Origin: Waddliaceae bacterium
Lineage (GTDB): Bacteria > Chlamydiota > Chlamydiia > Chlamydiales > Waddliaceae
Length of the DNA stretch: 64,000 nucleotides
Reading direction: 5' to 3'
Assembly: GCA_963724325.1 (NCBI GenBank)
Contig: CAVRUH010000001.1
Span: 416,001 to 480,000 of the forward strand
A model generated the notes under the pieces. That model was not told the DNA's origin. It made no database searches and saw nothing but the letters and a program-made list of their open reading frames with translations. Shown piece by piece: positions 9,401-19,200 of this stretch (the first letter of the stretch is position 1; every line of letters starts with the position of its first letter). Made by a program: the position numbers and the translations under genes.

Positions 9401-12400
9401 AGGCTAACTTGATTCAGCTCGCACAAAAGCATCTTTCTTTGATAGATGGTAATTATGAAATTGCTGCTTCAATATGGAAATTTGCAGGCAATATTCCTTT
9501 TTTGACTAAACTGCCCGCTACACAAAACCTCATTAAACTTATTAACGCTGATTGTGCTGATTGGGTCATCTCAATGCTTAAAGAATCCAAAGAAGATCAG
9601 CTTAATTCCATCGAGCCAAAACTATATAATGTCCTTCTGCAGAAAGTGAAAAATCCAGAATCCAGAAGAAGTATTCTTTTGTTATGCAGAGTTGATTCTG
9701 AATCTATCTGCAATGTATGGGAGCAAACAATTTTGGATAAAGATCTCCCTGCTTCCGACTTAATGAGTCTCGTCAGTTGCTCGTCGATATTGAAACTGTC
9801 CGATGCAACAGTGTCAAGATGTGCCATGCATGTTCTTTCTAAATATAATAAGGCAGATCCGCAACTAGCCGAAGATGTAGTGAAAATTCTTATCGATATT
9901 GTGTCTAGGATGGAATTGTCAATTGCCTATGATTTGTGGGAAATGCTCCGTAAATCCAATAAAGTGAGCTCCAAAATGCTATGGCAAGCTGGATGTTCTC
10001 TTATCGAAAAAGATCCAACATCTCCTAAACATACTTTTATTGAATGGATAATTAATAAGGCTTCCAAAAATCCGTCGGATAATTTTCTTCTATTATTGGA
10101 AAAAGTTACTATGGGGATGATTGATGAGGTTGCAAAGCCTATGATTAGCACCTATGTAAAACCGTTTGCTCTTAAACAAAATGCTACTGCACAGAAAATT
10201 TATTGGAAGCTTGATATTGACAACGATGTCGCTGTAGAAGAACTGGAGCTGTTAGGAGCTACCCCTGAGTCATACCAGAATCTTCTTTTCCGTTTAGTTC
10301 AAATTGTTAAGGGAAAAAAACCCGATCAAAAACTTATAAGGTCAATCTATAAAGCATGGATGTCCTATAAAGAGACCGCATACAATGAAACATATATGGC
10401 GGATGTTCTCGATCAGCTTATCAAAAACCACGAATCTCTTTTGACGAGTGAAAAGCACGAGATCTTATTGTTTAACAATGAGAAAAAACTTTTTAGAAGT
10501 GATATTGAATGTTTAATTAATCCGTTATTATTAAGCGGTGGTCCTGTGCAATATGCCAATGCGATCTTGAGTTATTTGGAATTCTCATCTAACACAAAAT
10601 TAATTACTCCGCTGGTTCTTATCCTTATCTCCTACTCTCCGGTGTTCGCCGATAGAATTGAGACCCTTATTAAAAAAGTGGAAGACGAAGCAAGAAGAGG
10701 CTACTTATATGCCATTTTTTATTATACGAAATTACAAAAAAATGGAACGCATGAAGGGATGCTTCAATTTTTGGATAATTTCAACACATGTTTTTCGTAT
10801 TTGAAAGTACATCAGAAAGAAGAGAATTATGTATGGATCAATCTGTTTAAATGGGATAACTCTGTAGAATTTGATGAAACAATGCAATACTTTTACAATT
10901 TCCTCGTAGGGAACTTGATGCCAAATGATGCCTTTTTTAATGTCGAAATTATCAACAAGTTTTTAGATATCGTTGATAAACAAAAAAATGAGAATAAATT
11001 ACTATTATTAGTTCTCGAAAGATTAGTTGTTGCTATATCAAAATCAAAAAACATGGAAATAGCTAATGAAGTTATTAAGTTTATAGTAAATAGGACTTCG
11101 ATGGATTCCATACACCCTACAGCAATAGATAGTTATTGTATGCTTAATTTTTCAATAGCAAATTTAATTATCGAAGATCTATCCCTTCAAGCTTCATGGG
11201 GTACAGTTTTTGCCGAAAAGATCCATGCTTTAATAGACAACTACGAAGAAAAGGATAATAACCTTTCTTCCAAGAGTGAAGAGGATGACTTTTTCCACAA
11301 ATTGTACGGTATATGCATCGCGCTTAGCGAGAAATTCTCTCAATCTAACATAGAACCAGATGTAGAATCAAAAGCAATTTGCTTCGCTCTAAAAGCCCTT
11401 TTTCGTTCCCCCCATCCTAAAAGCGTGCATATTGCAGAGAAATTATTAGCCGAAGGAATAAAGCGCTGCCTCTGTTATAACACTGTGCGTCTAATGGACG
11501 CAAACTATATATACGTGAGTTCCATTTTGGAAAGGCCTTTAATTAAAGAAAATATATCTAATCTTATTCCATCATTATTTAGGCATTTATCTAAAGATAT
11601 GTTTGTTCATAATCTTAAACTATATAGTGCAGTCAAAGAAATAATTTTTGACATAATAGAGTTAAATATTTTAAAGATTTGTAAAACAGGAAAGGATTTA
11701 TTCCCTGCTCTATTAAAATTTTTAAATCGCGATATTCATAAGATTGCGCCAAATTTCTTTCTAGAACGCCCCAATGTTCTCAAGGATTATATTCCGACAT
11801 TCGCCAAAAATTGGAGTGAATGTGAAGATTTAGAACAAAAGGATGAAATTCTAGAAGAGTTGTCTTTTTTAATGGCCATCCATTGTAATATGGATAGTGC
11901 ACATAGCGAAGATTTAATTTTTATGAAAAGTCAAAAAACAAAATCAGTTAAAATTGTTGATTGGTTGTTAGATTCATTAAATTACCAAAAAAAGATTAAT
12001 AGAATCAATCATCATGAGGGTCTGATTAAAATCAAACCGAAAACCGACCCAAATTCTACTAATCTACTTGATTTAACAATAGAATATCGCTGGTGTCAGA
12101 AGGTGATCAATTTTTGTTCCATATCGCATGACAAGAAAGTTATAGTAGAACTTTTGGACCATTTAACAGATAATTTTATCACTTGCTTATGTTTATCCCC
12201 CCCCTTATCTTCAGGATGTTCGCTGACTTTACCACTGATTCACACTCTAAAAATTATAGTTGAACTTATTGGATTTCTAGCAAAAACAGACGCGGCTAAT
12301 GCAAATCGTTGGATCACACAATTTATTGAAAAATTTATGAAGTCTACGCAAGGCGGGAAGATTGCCGAATTCTATCCAGACATTATACTTCAATTTTGTG

Positions 12401-13263
12401 AAGGAATTACTCCTCATCTTCTTCCATCTTTGCCTGATATCGAAAAATTGCATAATCTTTATAGCAAGAATTTATGCATTGATGCTTACTACAAACTTAT
12501 ATCCTGCGGCTGTAAAGATGACGCAATTATTGATAAGGCCATAACTAACCACTTTCTTCTTCAATTTGAATTCAACAGTAAAAAGAAATTACCCATTCAA
12601 AATTTTCAAGCGAAATTTGAAGTTGTTTATCTAGCAGGATTCAAACGACTCATTTCAAATCGTTTGTCTAGTCAAAATAGAAATAAAGTTGATAATGAAT
12701 TCGTGAATTTCACTATGCGAGTGGACGCTGGGATCAGAATATTAGATGGCTTTAGCGGTTTAATTATTGAGCAAATTATGATGAGTTTGTATGAAGTAAA
12801 AGATCTGATGAAAGATTTGGTCTTTCGTTCGCAAACAATGGAATTCCTTCACCTTTTATTTACTACAACTATAAAACCAATCGACGTGAAAGATAAAAAT
12901 GCCCTTTCACGAGCTCAAATAAACTTTTTAATATTTTCATTACTTTGTAGTGATTCTCCTGCGATATCATTCAATTTAATCCAAGAGAATAACATTAAGG
13001 ATTTGGTCTTAGAGGATGAAGCAGAACGTGTTGAATACTATTGTAAAAGAATATTTCTTTTTTGCGAACCAAAATTCCTATTGGAAAGACACTCAAAATT
13101 AACATACGATAGAGATTTTAGAAAGGTGTTTATTGCTAGTATGAATAAATTAATTGGTGAATTTAATATTTTTAAACAAATTGTGCCTGATATAAGTAAA
13201 AGGTTAAACAATTCAATTAACATGATACTTCAACTAATCGCAGAAGCAAAAAAAAGTGAATAA
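6451..13263 (+). CDS. Giant (2270 aa) protein with N-terminal Pol-beta/FAM46(TENT5)-like nucleotidyltransferase domain and long helical C-terminal region
   Basis: Long ORF with motifs HPGSSSHY...YSDVDIKI...QIDFTFY...FAFYGDDFGIDL. Paralog of the next gene. Functional call is by eye. Confidence 0.7.
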   Translation: MNNESKKVIDTSTLPDATWGRFLPQKVCKSPLVTVVSKTAQLRERFLDAAGPASYMNDDDFPEFLKDPRIVKRALKLLNEDYIVEGKSVNQWIKTFEEKIGEENVLKIIHPGSSSHYTTGIPLLKCCLNKFYNKISLQDYAKMSGKIMNKEFNYSDVDIKIQVNQSKILSDLYENVLKDKTSIVLFSNQNILIVRIGKENEPQIDFTFYTIEGVGFAFYGDDFGIDLKNSDFNNDIIAITSKNRLKWWQSKVLEIAENEGGRKDFRLFLRLLGKESKGEVCIDSLESELFKEWIKKIKDIKEQLDKQWKDHDSKAPIARYLISLRAQQVIFKQLPNDKELIKQAAKIDDAKDIPPFIIQLFEAMKEKGADIRALHGLLECIALNHLCEGDGKGFQVKLVKHGWNEDKPEWVIRMRFRGNFGKRDLLLKFKPQESLDAIKNINRDQLRRITHSLYIDGSNLREITTDYKRSLSSNGLDPKTQAAIREALFGTNRYVVFTEPSSLAELEMSACKDPKAMLNLGRFIFDFYDYDPNLRDYLCWKVIDTCIGEKWYFHGAEMIRMMRRAELHPEDGYPAFFIRALTNGCDDNLLKACCPFNLEDEEKWVKLLKNPTRKTLAGIVAELHISSELFLEMIRISDMEKQSMSEGMLCGIIQDNPAEAYAWIEKMDKFEFITDAYKKLLSSVIIQNRGVFSCNWLLKFLKTERFEGKMDEKISLCSYMISTQIPVLEKAELLEKLKIDDSSLWRNIANECVSHGEVLPKSIENRQDIGAKEIISCFKIIERADEQAIEDLRAINGLLDKQLRGAILIRILRNWKIKKASPEVLEFFDISEKDWKWADFAFKANDAGSILKELKDRKGAFALYSSLFRVLQPKEPYFSKWWVNMCLAFTEKFSLEKFLTLLEQPKIRDCLRIAEQELLPIINKIKKSERGLNLIIDVLDKPSQELLYILMDEAIKFNDDAKIASRLFLKYHDNAKSKKNNAYKANLIQLAQKHLSLIDGNYEIAASIWKFAGNIPFLTKLPATQNLIKLINADCADWVISMLKESKEDQLNSIEPKLYNVLLQKVKNPESRRSILLLCRVDSESICNVWEQTILDKDLPASDLMSLVSCSSILKLSDATVSRCAMHVLSKYNKADPQLAEDVVKILIDIVSRMELSIAYDLWEMLRKSNKVSSKMLWQAGCSLIEKDPTSPKHTFIEWIINKASKNPSDNFLLLLEKVTMGMIDEVAKPMISTYVKPFALKQNATAQKIYWKLDIDNDVAVEELELLGATPESYQNLLFRLVQIVKGKKPDQKLIRSIYKAWMSYKETAYNETYMADVLDQLIKNHESLLTSEKHEILLFNNEKKLFRSDIECLINPLLLSGGPVQYANAILSYLEFSSNTKLITPLVLILISYSPVFADRIETLIKKVEDEARRGYLYAIFYYTKLQKNGTHEGMLQFLDNFNTCFSYLKVHQKEENYVWINLFKWDNSVEFDETMQYFYNFLVGNLMPNDAFFNVEIINKFLDIVDKQKNENKLLLLVLERLVVAISKSKNMEIANEVIKFIVNRTSMDSIHPTAIDSYCMLNFSIANLIIEDLSLQASWGTVFAEKIHALIDNYEEKDNNLSSKSEEDDFFHKLYGICIALSEKFSQSNIEPDVESKAICFALKALFRSPHPKSVHIAEKLLAEGIKRCLCYNTVRLMDANYIYVSSILERPLIKENISNLIPSLFRHLSKDMFVHNLKLYSAVKEIIFDIIELNILKICKTGKDLFPALLKFLNRDIHKIAPNFFLERPNVLKDYIPTFAKNWSECEDLEQKDEILEELSFLMAIHCNMDSAHSEDLIFMKSQKTKSVKIVDWLLDSLNYQKKINRINHHEGLIKIKPKTDPNSTNLLDLTIEYRWCQKVINFCSISHDKKVIVELLDHLTDNFITCLCLSPPLSSGCSLTLPLIHTLKIIVELIGFLAKTDAANANRWITQFIEKFMKSTQGGKIAEFYPDIILQFCEGITPHLLPSLPDIEKLHNLYSKNLCIDAYYKLISCGCKDDAIIDKAITNHFLLQFEFNSKKKLPIQNFQAKFEVVYLAGFKRLISNRLSSQNRNKVDNEFVNFTMRVDAGIRILDGFSGLIIEQIMMSLYEVKDLMKDLVFRSQTMEFLHLLFTTTIKPIDVKDKNALSRAQINFLIFSLLCSDSPAISFNLIQENNIKDLVLEDEAERVEYYCKRIFLFCEPKFLLERHSKLTYDRDFRKVFIASMNKLIGEFNIFKQIVPDISKRLNNSINMILQLIAEAKKSE

Positions 13264-13285
13264 AAAACAAAATAATATTTAATAT

Positions 13286-16200
13286 ATGAATAGCAGGGAA
13301 TTTATACCAGATATTTCAAATTTAATCGACACTTCTTGGCAAATTTTTTTGCCGGAAAGTTGTAAACCACCGCTGGTTTCGATTATCTCGAAAACTACCG
13401 AATTGAGACTGCGCTTCCTCGATGCCACAGGACCCGTTTCAACCATGGGAATTGCGGAATTTCCCTTCAAGGTAAAAGACAGTAGAATAGCTGGCAGGGC
13501 TATAGAACTACTTAATAAAGCATACATGGTCAAAGGGAAATCTGTTAACGATTGGATAAAATGGTTTAAAATAATAATTAAAGATGGAAAAAATGGCGAA
13601 AAAAAATTCCTAAACATTATCCAACCTGGTAGCTCATCACACTATACAACGGGCCTTCCCCTACTTAAATATTGTCTTAATAAATTTTATGACAGGATTC
13701 CCCTTAGTGATTATGCCAAAATTTCAGGTAAAATTCTGAATATGGAGCTTGATTTTTCCGATGTTGATATAAAAATCCAAGTAAATGCATCAAAAACTTT
13801 ATATGATATAAAAGCAGAGATAGAAAATGAAGCTGACTGCAAAATATTGTATAATGATAAAAATATTTTAATTGTACGCATAGGAAAGGAAAATGAACCT
13901 CAGATAGATTTCACCTTCTACAATATAGAGGGAGTTAGTTTTGCCTTTTATGGCGATGATTTCGGAATCGACCTGAATAATTCTGATTTTGATAATAATA
14001 TTACTGCCCTAGTCTCTAAAAACCCTTGGAGTTTCTGGCGATCAAAAGTATTAAAAATTGCCGAAAATGAAGGAGGGCGAGAAGATTTTCGCCTATTTCT
14101 TCGTCTATTGGGTAAGGAATCAAAGGGAGAAGTCTGTATAGATTCTTTGGAAAAAGACCTATTCCTAAAATGGATTAAAAAATCAGGAAATATTAAAGAT
14201 CAATTCAATAAAGAATGGAAAGATCACGATTCAAAAGTACCAATCGCACGTTACTTATTAAGTTTAAGAGCCCAGCAGGTGATACTTGAGCAATCGCCTG
14301 GGAATACTGACCTGCTGATGCAAGCGTCAATAATCGATACTATTAAAGACCTTAGCGATATTCCACCTTTTATTATTCATCTATTTAAAGCCATGCAAGA
14401 AAAAGGGGCAAATATTGAGGCTTTGCATGGGCTTCTTGAATGCATTGCAATTATGTACATGTGTGAAGGAAATGAAAAATGGTTTCAGGTAAAACTCGTC
14501 AAACATGGCCTCAATAAATCTAACGAACCCGAATGGGTCATGCGGATGCGTTTTAGAGGCAAATTTGGTAAGAGAGATCTACTTATTAAATTCAAACCAC
14601 AAAAGTCGTTAGCTGCTTTAAAAAAACTTAGTCAAAATCATCTGAGAGAGATCCTGCATTCTCTTTGGAAGGAAGAATTCGGCTTTCGAGAATTGACAGA
14701 AGATTATAAAAAATCACTGTTTCATCATGATTTGGACATGAAAACGCAGGCATCGATACGAAAGGAACTTTTAGGCACTGATCGGAATGTCTTTTTTTCG
14801 GAACAGATTTCCTTGGCAGATCTTGAGATTAATACATGCAATGATCCCAAGGCAATGTTGATTTTGGGTGACTTTATTTTTAATTTTTATGAGTACGATC
14901 CAATTCTACGAGATAATTTATGTTGGAAGGTTGTCAATAAATGTATAGAATATAAATGGTCCTTTCATGGCGCTGAAATGATTCATAAGATGCGTAAAGC
15001 TAATAGGCACCCAGAGGAGGGCTATACAGCATTTTTTGTCCGGACGCTTAACTCTGGTTGCAATGAAAGTATTTTAAAGGCATGCAGTCCATTCATTCTT
15101 GAAGATGAACAAAAGTGGTATGATTTAATAAAAAATCCCAGCCGAGAAAATCTTGCTAAAATATGTGATGGGGCTCATGTGCCCGCTGAGCTATTCTTGG
15201 ATATGATTCGTATTTCCGATATGAAAAAACAAAGCATGAGCGAAGGAATGCTTTGCAGCATCATTAAAAATAACGGTGTCGAAGTATGTGCTTGGATAGA
15301 AAAAATGGATAAACCTGGATTTATTACGGATGATTATAAAAAATCGCTAAGCGGAATAATTTTGCAAAATCTTTACGATTTTTCTCATAATTGGCTATTA
15401 GAATTTCTAAAAACATGTCGCTTTGAAGGGGAAATGGAACAGAAAATACAACTCTGTTCATACATGATTTCAACGCAGATTCCCGTATTGGAGAAGGCTG
15501 ATTTACTCGACAAATTCAAAATAAACGACACCAAGCTATGGCACGATATTGCAAGTGAATGCATCAGTCAGGGTGAAATTCTTCCTAAACAGTTGGAAGT
15601 GCTTGAGGACATAGGATCGAAAGCAATTGTATCTTGTTTCAAAATTATTGACCGTGCTGATGAGGGTGCCTTAAAAGATTTAAGGGAAATTGAAGGAACA
15701 CTAGATAAGCAGCTTCGCGGTTCAATGCTTATTAGACTCCTCAAAAATTGGAAAAATAAAAAGGCCTCTGCTGAGCTCCTAGAGTTTTTTGATACATCAA
15801 AGAAAGACTGGAAGTGGGCTGATCTCATCGAAGGAATTTACGATGCAGAATCCCTCCTCAAGGTTCTTAAAGGCAAATCACTTAATATATATTCATCACT
15901 ATTCCGGGTGTTGGAGCCTGATTCGGGCCCTTACAGCAAATGGTGGGTCGAAGAAATAATGGAAAATTCCAAAAAACTCACTTTGGACAAAACTCTTGGT
16001 ATTCTGGAACAACCAAAAATTAGAGATTGCTTAAGAATAGCCCAGAAAGAATTATCTCCCATTATAACCAAGATAATGAAATCCGAAAGGGGGCAGAGCC
16101 TAATCATTGACATCCTTGATAACGTTTCTCAAGATTTGCTATACAAATTGATGGATGAAGCTATTCTGTTTGATGATACGAAAACAGCTTCTAGACTATT

Positions 16201-19200
16201 CTTAAAATATCATGTCAATGCAAAATGCAAAAATAATAATACATACAAACTAAATTTGCTTAAGTTAGCTCATAGGCATCTTTTCATGAAAGATGGCAAT
16301 ATTAAAATTACCGCTGCAATATGGGAATTCATCCAAAATTTTTCTCTTCCAAAAGAACTGCCTCCTTCTGCGAATCTGATTAAGCTCATCCATAACGGAC
16401 ACTCCGAATGGGTGATCTCAATGATCAAAGAAAATAAAAATAATGAATTAATTGGTGCTGATCTATATAACTTGCTCCTTCGAAAGGTAAAAGAACCATT
16501 ATCCAGAAGAAATATTCTTTTGTTATGTAAAGTTCATTCTGATCCTATCCGCAGGGTATGGGAGCAAACAATTTTGGATAGGGAGCTCTCTCCTTCAGAA
16601 TTAATCAGCCTCATAAGTTGTTCGCCCATTTTACAATTACCCACAACAACAGTGGCAAGATGCGCCGTCCATGTTCTTTCAAAATACAAAAAAATCCACG
16701 AGGATATAAATAACGACATAGTGCAAATTCTAATTAATACTATGTCTAATATAGATCTCCCAAATGCCTATGAATTGTGGGAAGCCTTACGTAAATCAAA
16801 TAAAGTCAATGTAAAGATTTTATGGGAAGCAGGATGTTCTCTTCTTAAGAGAGATTTAACATCTCCTAAACATACCTTCATTAAATGGTTAATAGATAAA
16901 GCCCCCAAGAACACACATGAAATACTTCTTCCTATATTAGAACAAATTGCAGAAAACGTTCTTGATGAAACAGCAACAGATTCAATTTGTACTTATGTAA
17001 AACCCTTGGCTCTAAAACAAAATATCACTGCACAGAAAATCTATTGGAAACTTGACTATGATAAGATAGTAACTCCGGAAGAATTAGATTTACTGAAACC
17101 AACCCCAGCTTATTACCAAAAGCTTCTTTTCCAATTGGTTCAAGTTGCTGCAAAACACAAACCCGATAAAACACATGTAAGATTGATTCACAAGGCATGG
17201 ATGTCTTATATATCATCTGATTACAATGAATTATTTGTAAAAGAAGTTCTCATCCTGCTGGTGGATAATCACCTTGCTCTTGAACTAGATCAAATCTATA
17301 AGATTTTAGAGTTCGTTAATCGCACGAAGATGCAAATAAAGAATATTTCTGAAATTATTATTGCATTAACCATTGCAAAACAAGATGAAAAATATTTTGG
17401 TGCTGTTCTTGACTATTTGGAGTCATCAATCGACACCCCTCTATTTGCGCCAGTGACGGTTATTCGGGCATTTTCCTTTCCAATATTCGAGAATAAAGTT
17501 AAAGCTTTTATAGACAAAGTCCAAGATGAGAAAAGAAGAGCTTATCTAAATGCTTTCTTCCTATACGCACAGTCAGTAGCCAATCCAACACCAGAAACGA
17601 TGTGCGACTTTATGGATTCTCTTGGACATATTTGGGTTTATTTGAAAGAAAATGGAGAAGGAGAGTATGGCGCATGGAGATACATAACCGATTATTTGAA
17701 AGTACCCGAAATCTGTCCCAAAGCTGATATATATGCCTATTTTTATGGATTTATCGTTGAGGTCATGGGGCACAAGTGTTTTTGCAATCTTAAAGTTATA
17801 ACTAAGTTTCTTAATATTATTAATAATCACAATAATAACTTTGAATTCCATCTATTTTTACTATTTAATTTAGCTGATAATAAATTAATTAGAACAGACT
17901 TTGGGATTATCGAAGAACTTGTAAACTTCACTATGCATAGAATCCCATTTTCCACCACTATTGCATCGAGTAGGAAGTTTTTGAGTCGACTCTATCTAGC
18001 AATTGGAGCCCTGATCCTCAATAATGAAGCCTCTCAAGTTGCATGGAGTAGTATTTGTTCTGTACGAATCAAACAAATTGCCAATAGTCTTCCGAATGAA
18101 AAAGTTCCCGACTTCGAAATGTTAGATGGTATGCATTTAGCATTGACAAGAAAGATTTCTGAGGTTCTTTGCAAAAAGGAAACTCTACCACTGTCCTCTA
18201 CAATTGTTTTATCAATCAAAACCCTTTGTGATTCATATAATCCCCATAATTTATCGCGTGCAATGGAACTATTGCTCTTAGGAACTCGTAAAGTTCTCTA
18301 TAAAAATCCAGATGCTCTGAAAATCGCAAACAACTTCATCTTAAGTTGTGGCGTAAATAATCAAGAATTAAAAAGTGAGAGCGAATTCACTAGATTTTTC
18401 AGAAGCTTTTTTATGCATTTATCTAAAGAAGCATTTATTAATAAGCTCGATCGTTATGATATAATTAAAGAAAATCTATTGGATTTAATCATATTAAATG
18501 TTAACGTACTTTGTGATGCTTTTCCAAAAAAATTTCATCTTATATTGGACTTTCTAAATACCGAACTTCAAAAACTTTCACCAAATTTTTACAGCGAACG
18601 CCCAGATTTTCTTCCCAAGATATTGCCTAAACTAATGGTTATAATCGGGGAAAACTATGAAACGAGGGAAAACGATGAAAGGGTAGAAAAGTGGAAAATT
18701 GTCGAAGATAAAATGAATTTTCTTATTTGCATTCATACGGATCTTACTAAATTTGAATTCACTGTAATAGATAACCCGAACTCCCATGGAGATTACAAAA
18801 AAACAGCAAAAGACTACCAAAAAACACTTAATTGTATAAATAAACATGATGAATTAATCAAAATAAAACCCACGAAATTAACACTTGGTCATCCAACAAT
18901 TGATCTCATCAAAAATTATCGCTGGTGCCAGAAGATGATCAATTTTTGCATCAAATCGCGTGACGACAAAGTTCAAATGTATCTTTTGGAAAACCTAAAA
19001 AGCAATTTCATTGATTGCCTCCATTTATGCACTTTCGTTTCCCTGGGAGAATCTCTTATTCCCAAACTGGCCCAAGATCTAGAAAAAATTCTTCGAAGAT
19101 CGTTTATAAGCACCGCCAAATTAAATCCTGACTTTGCCAATCAATGGTTTAAAGAATTCATTGTAGAATATATGAAAGGTCTAAAAAATAAAGATCTCGT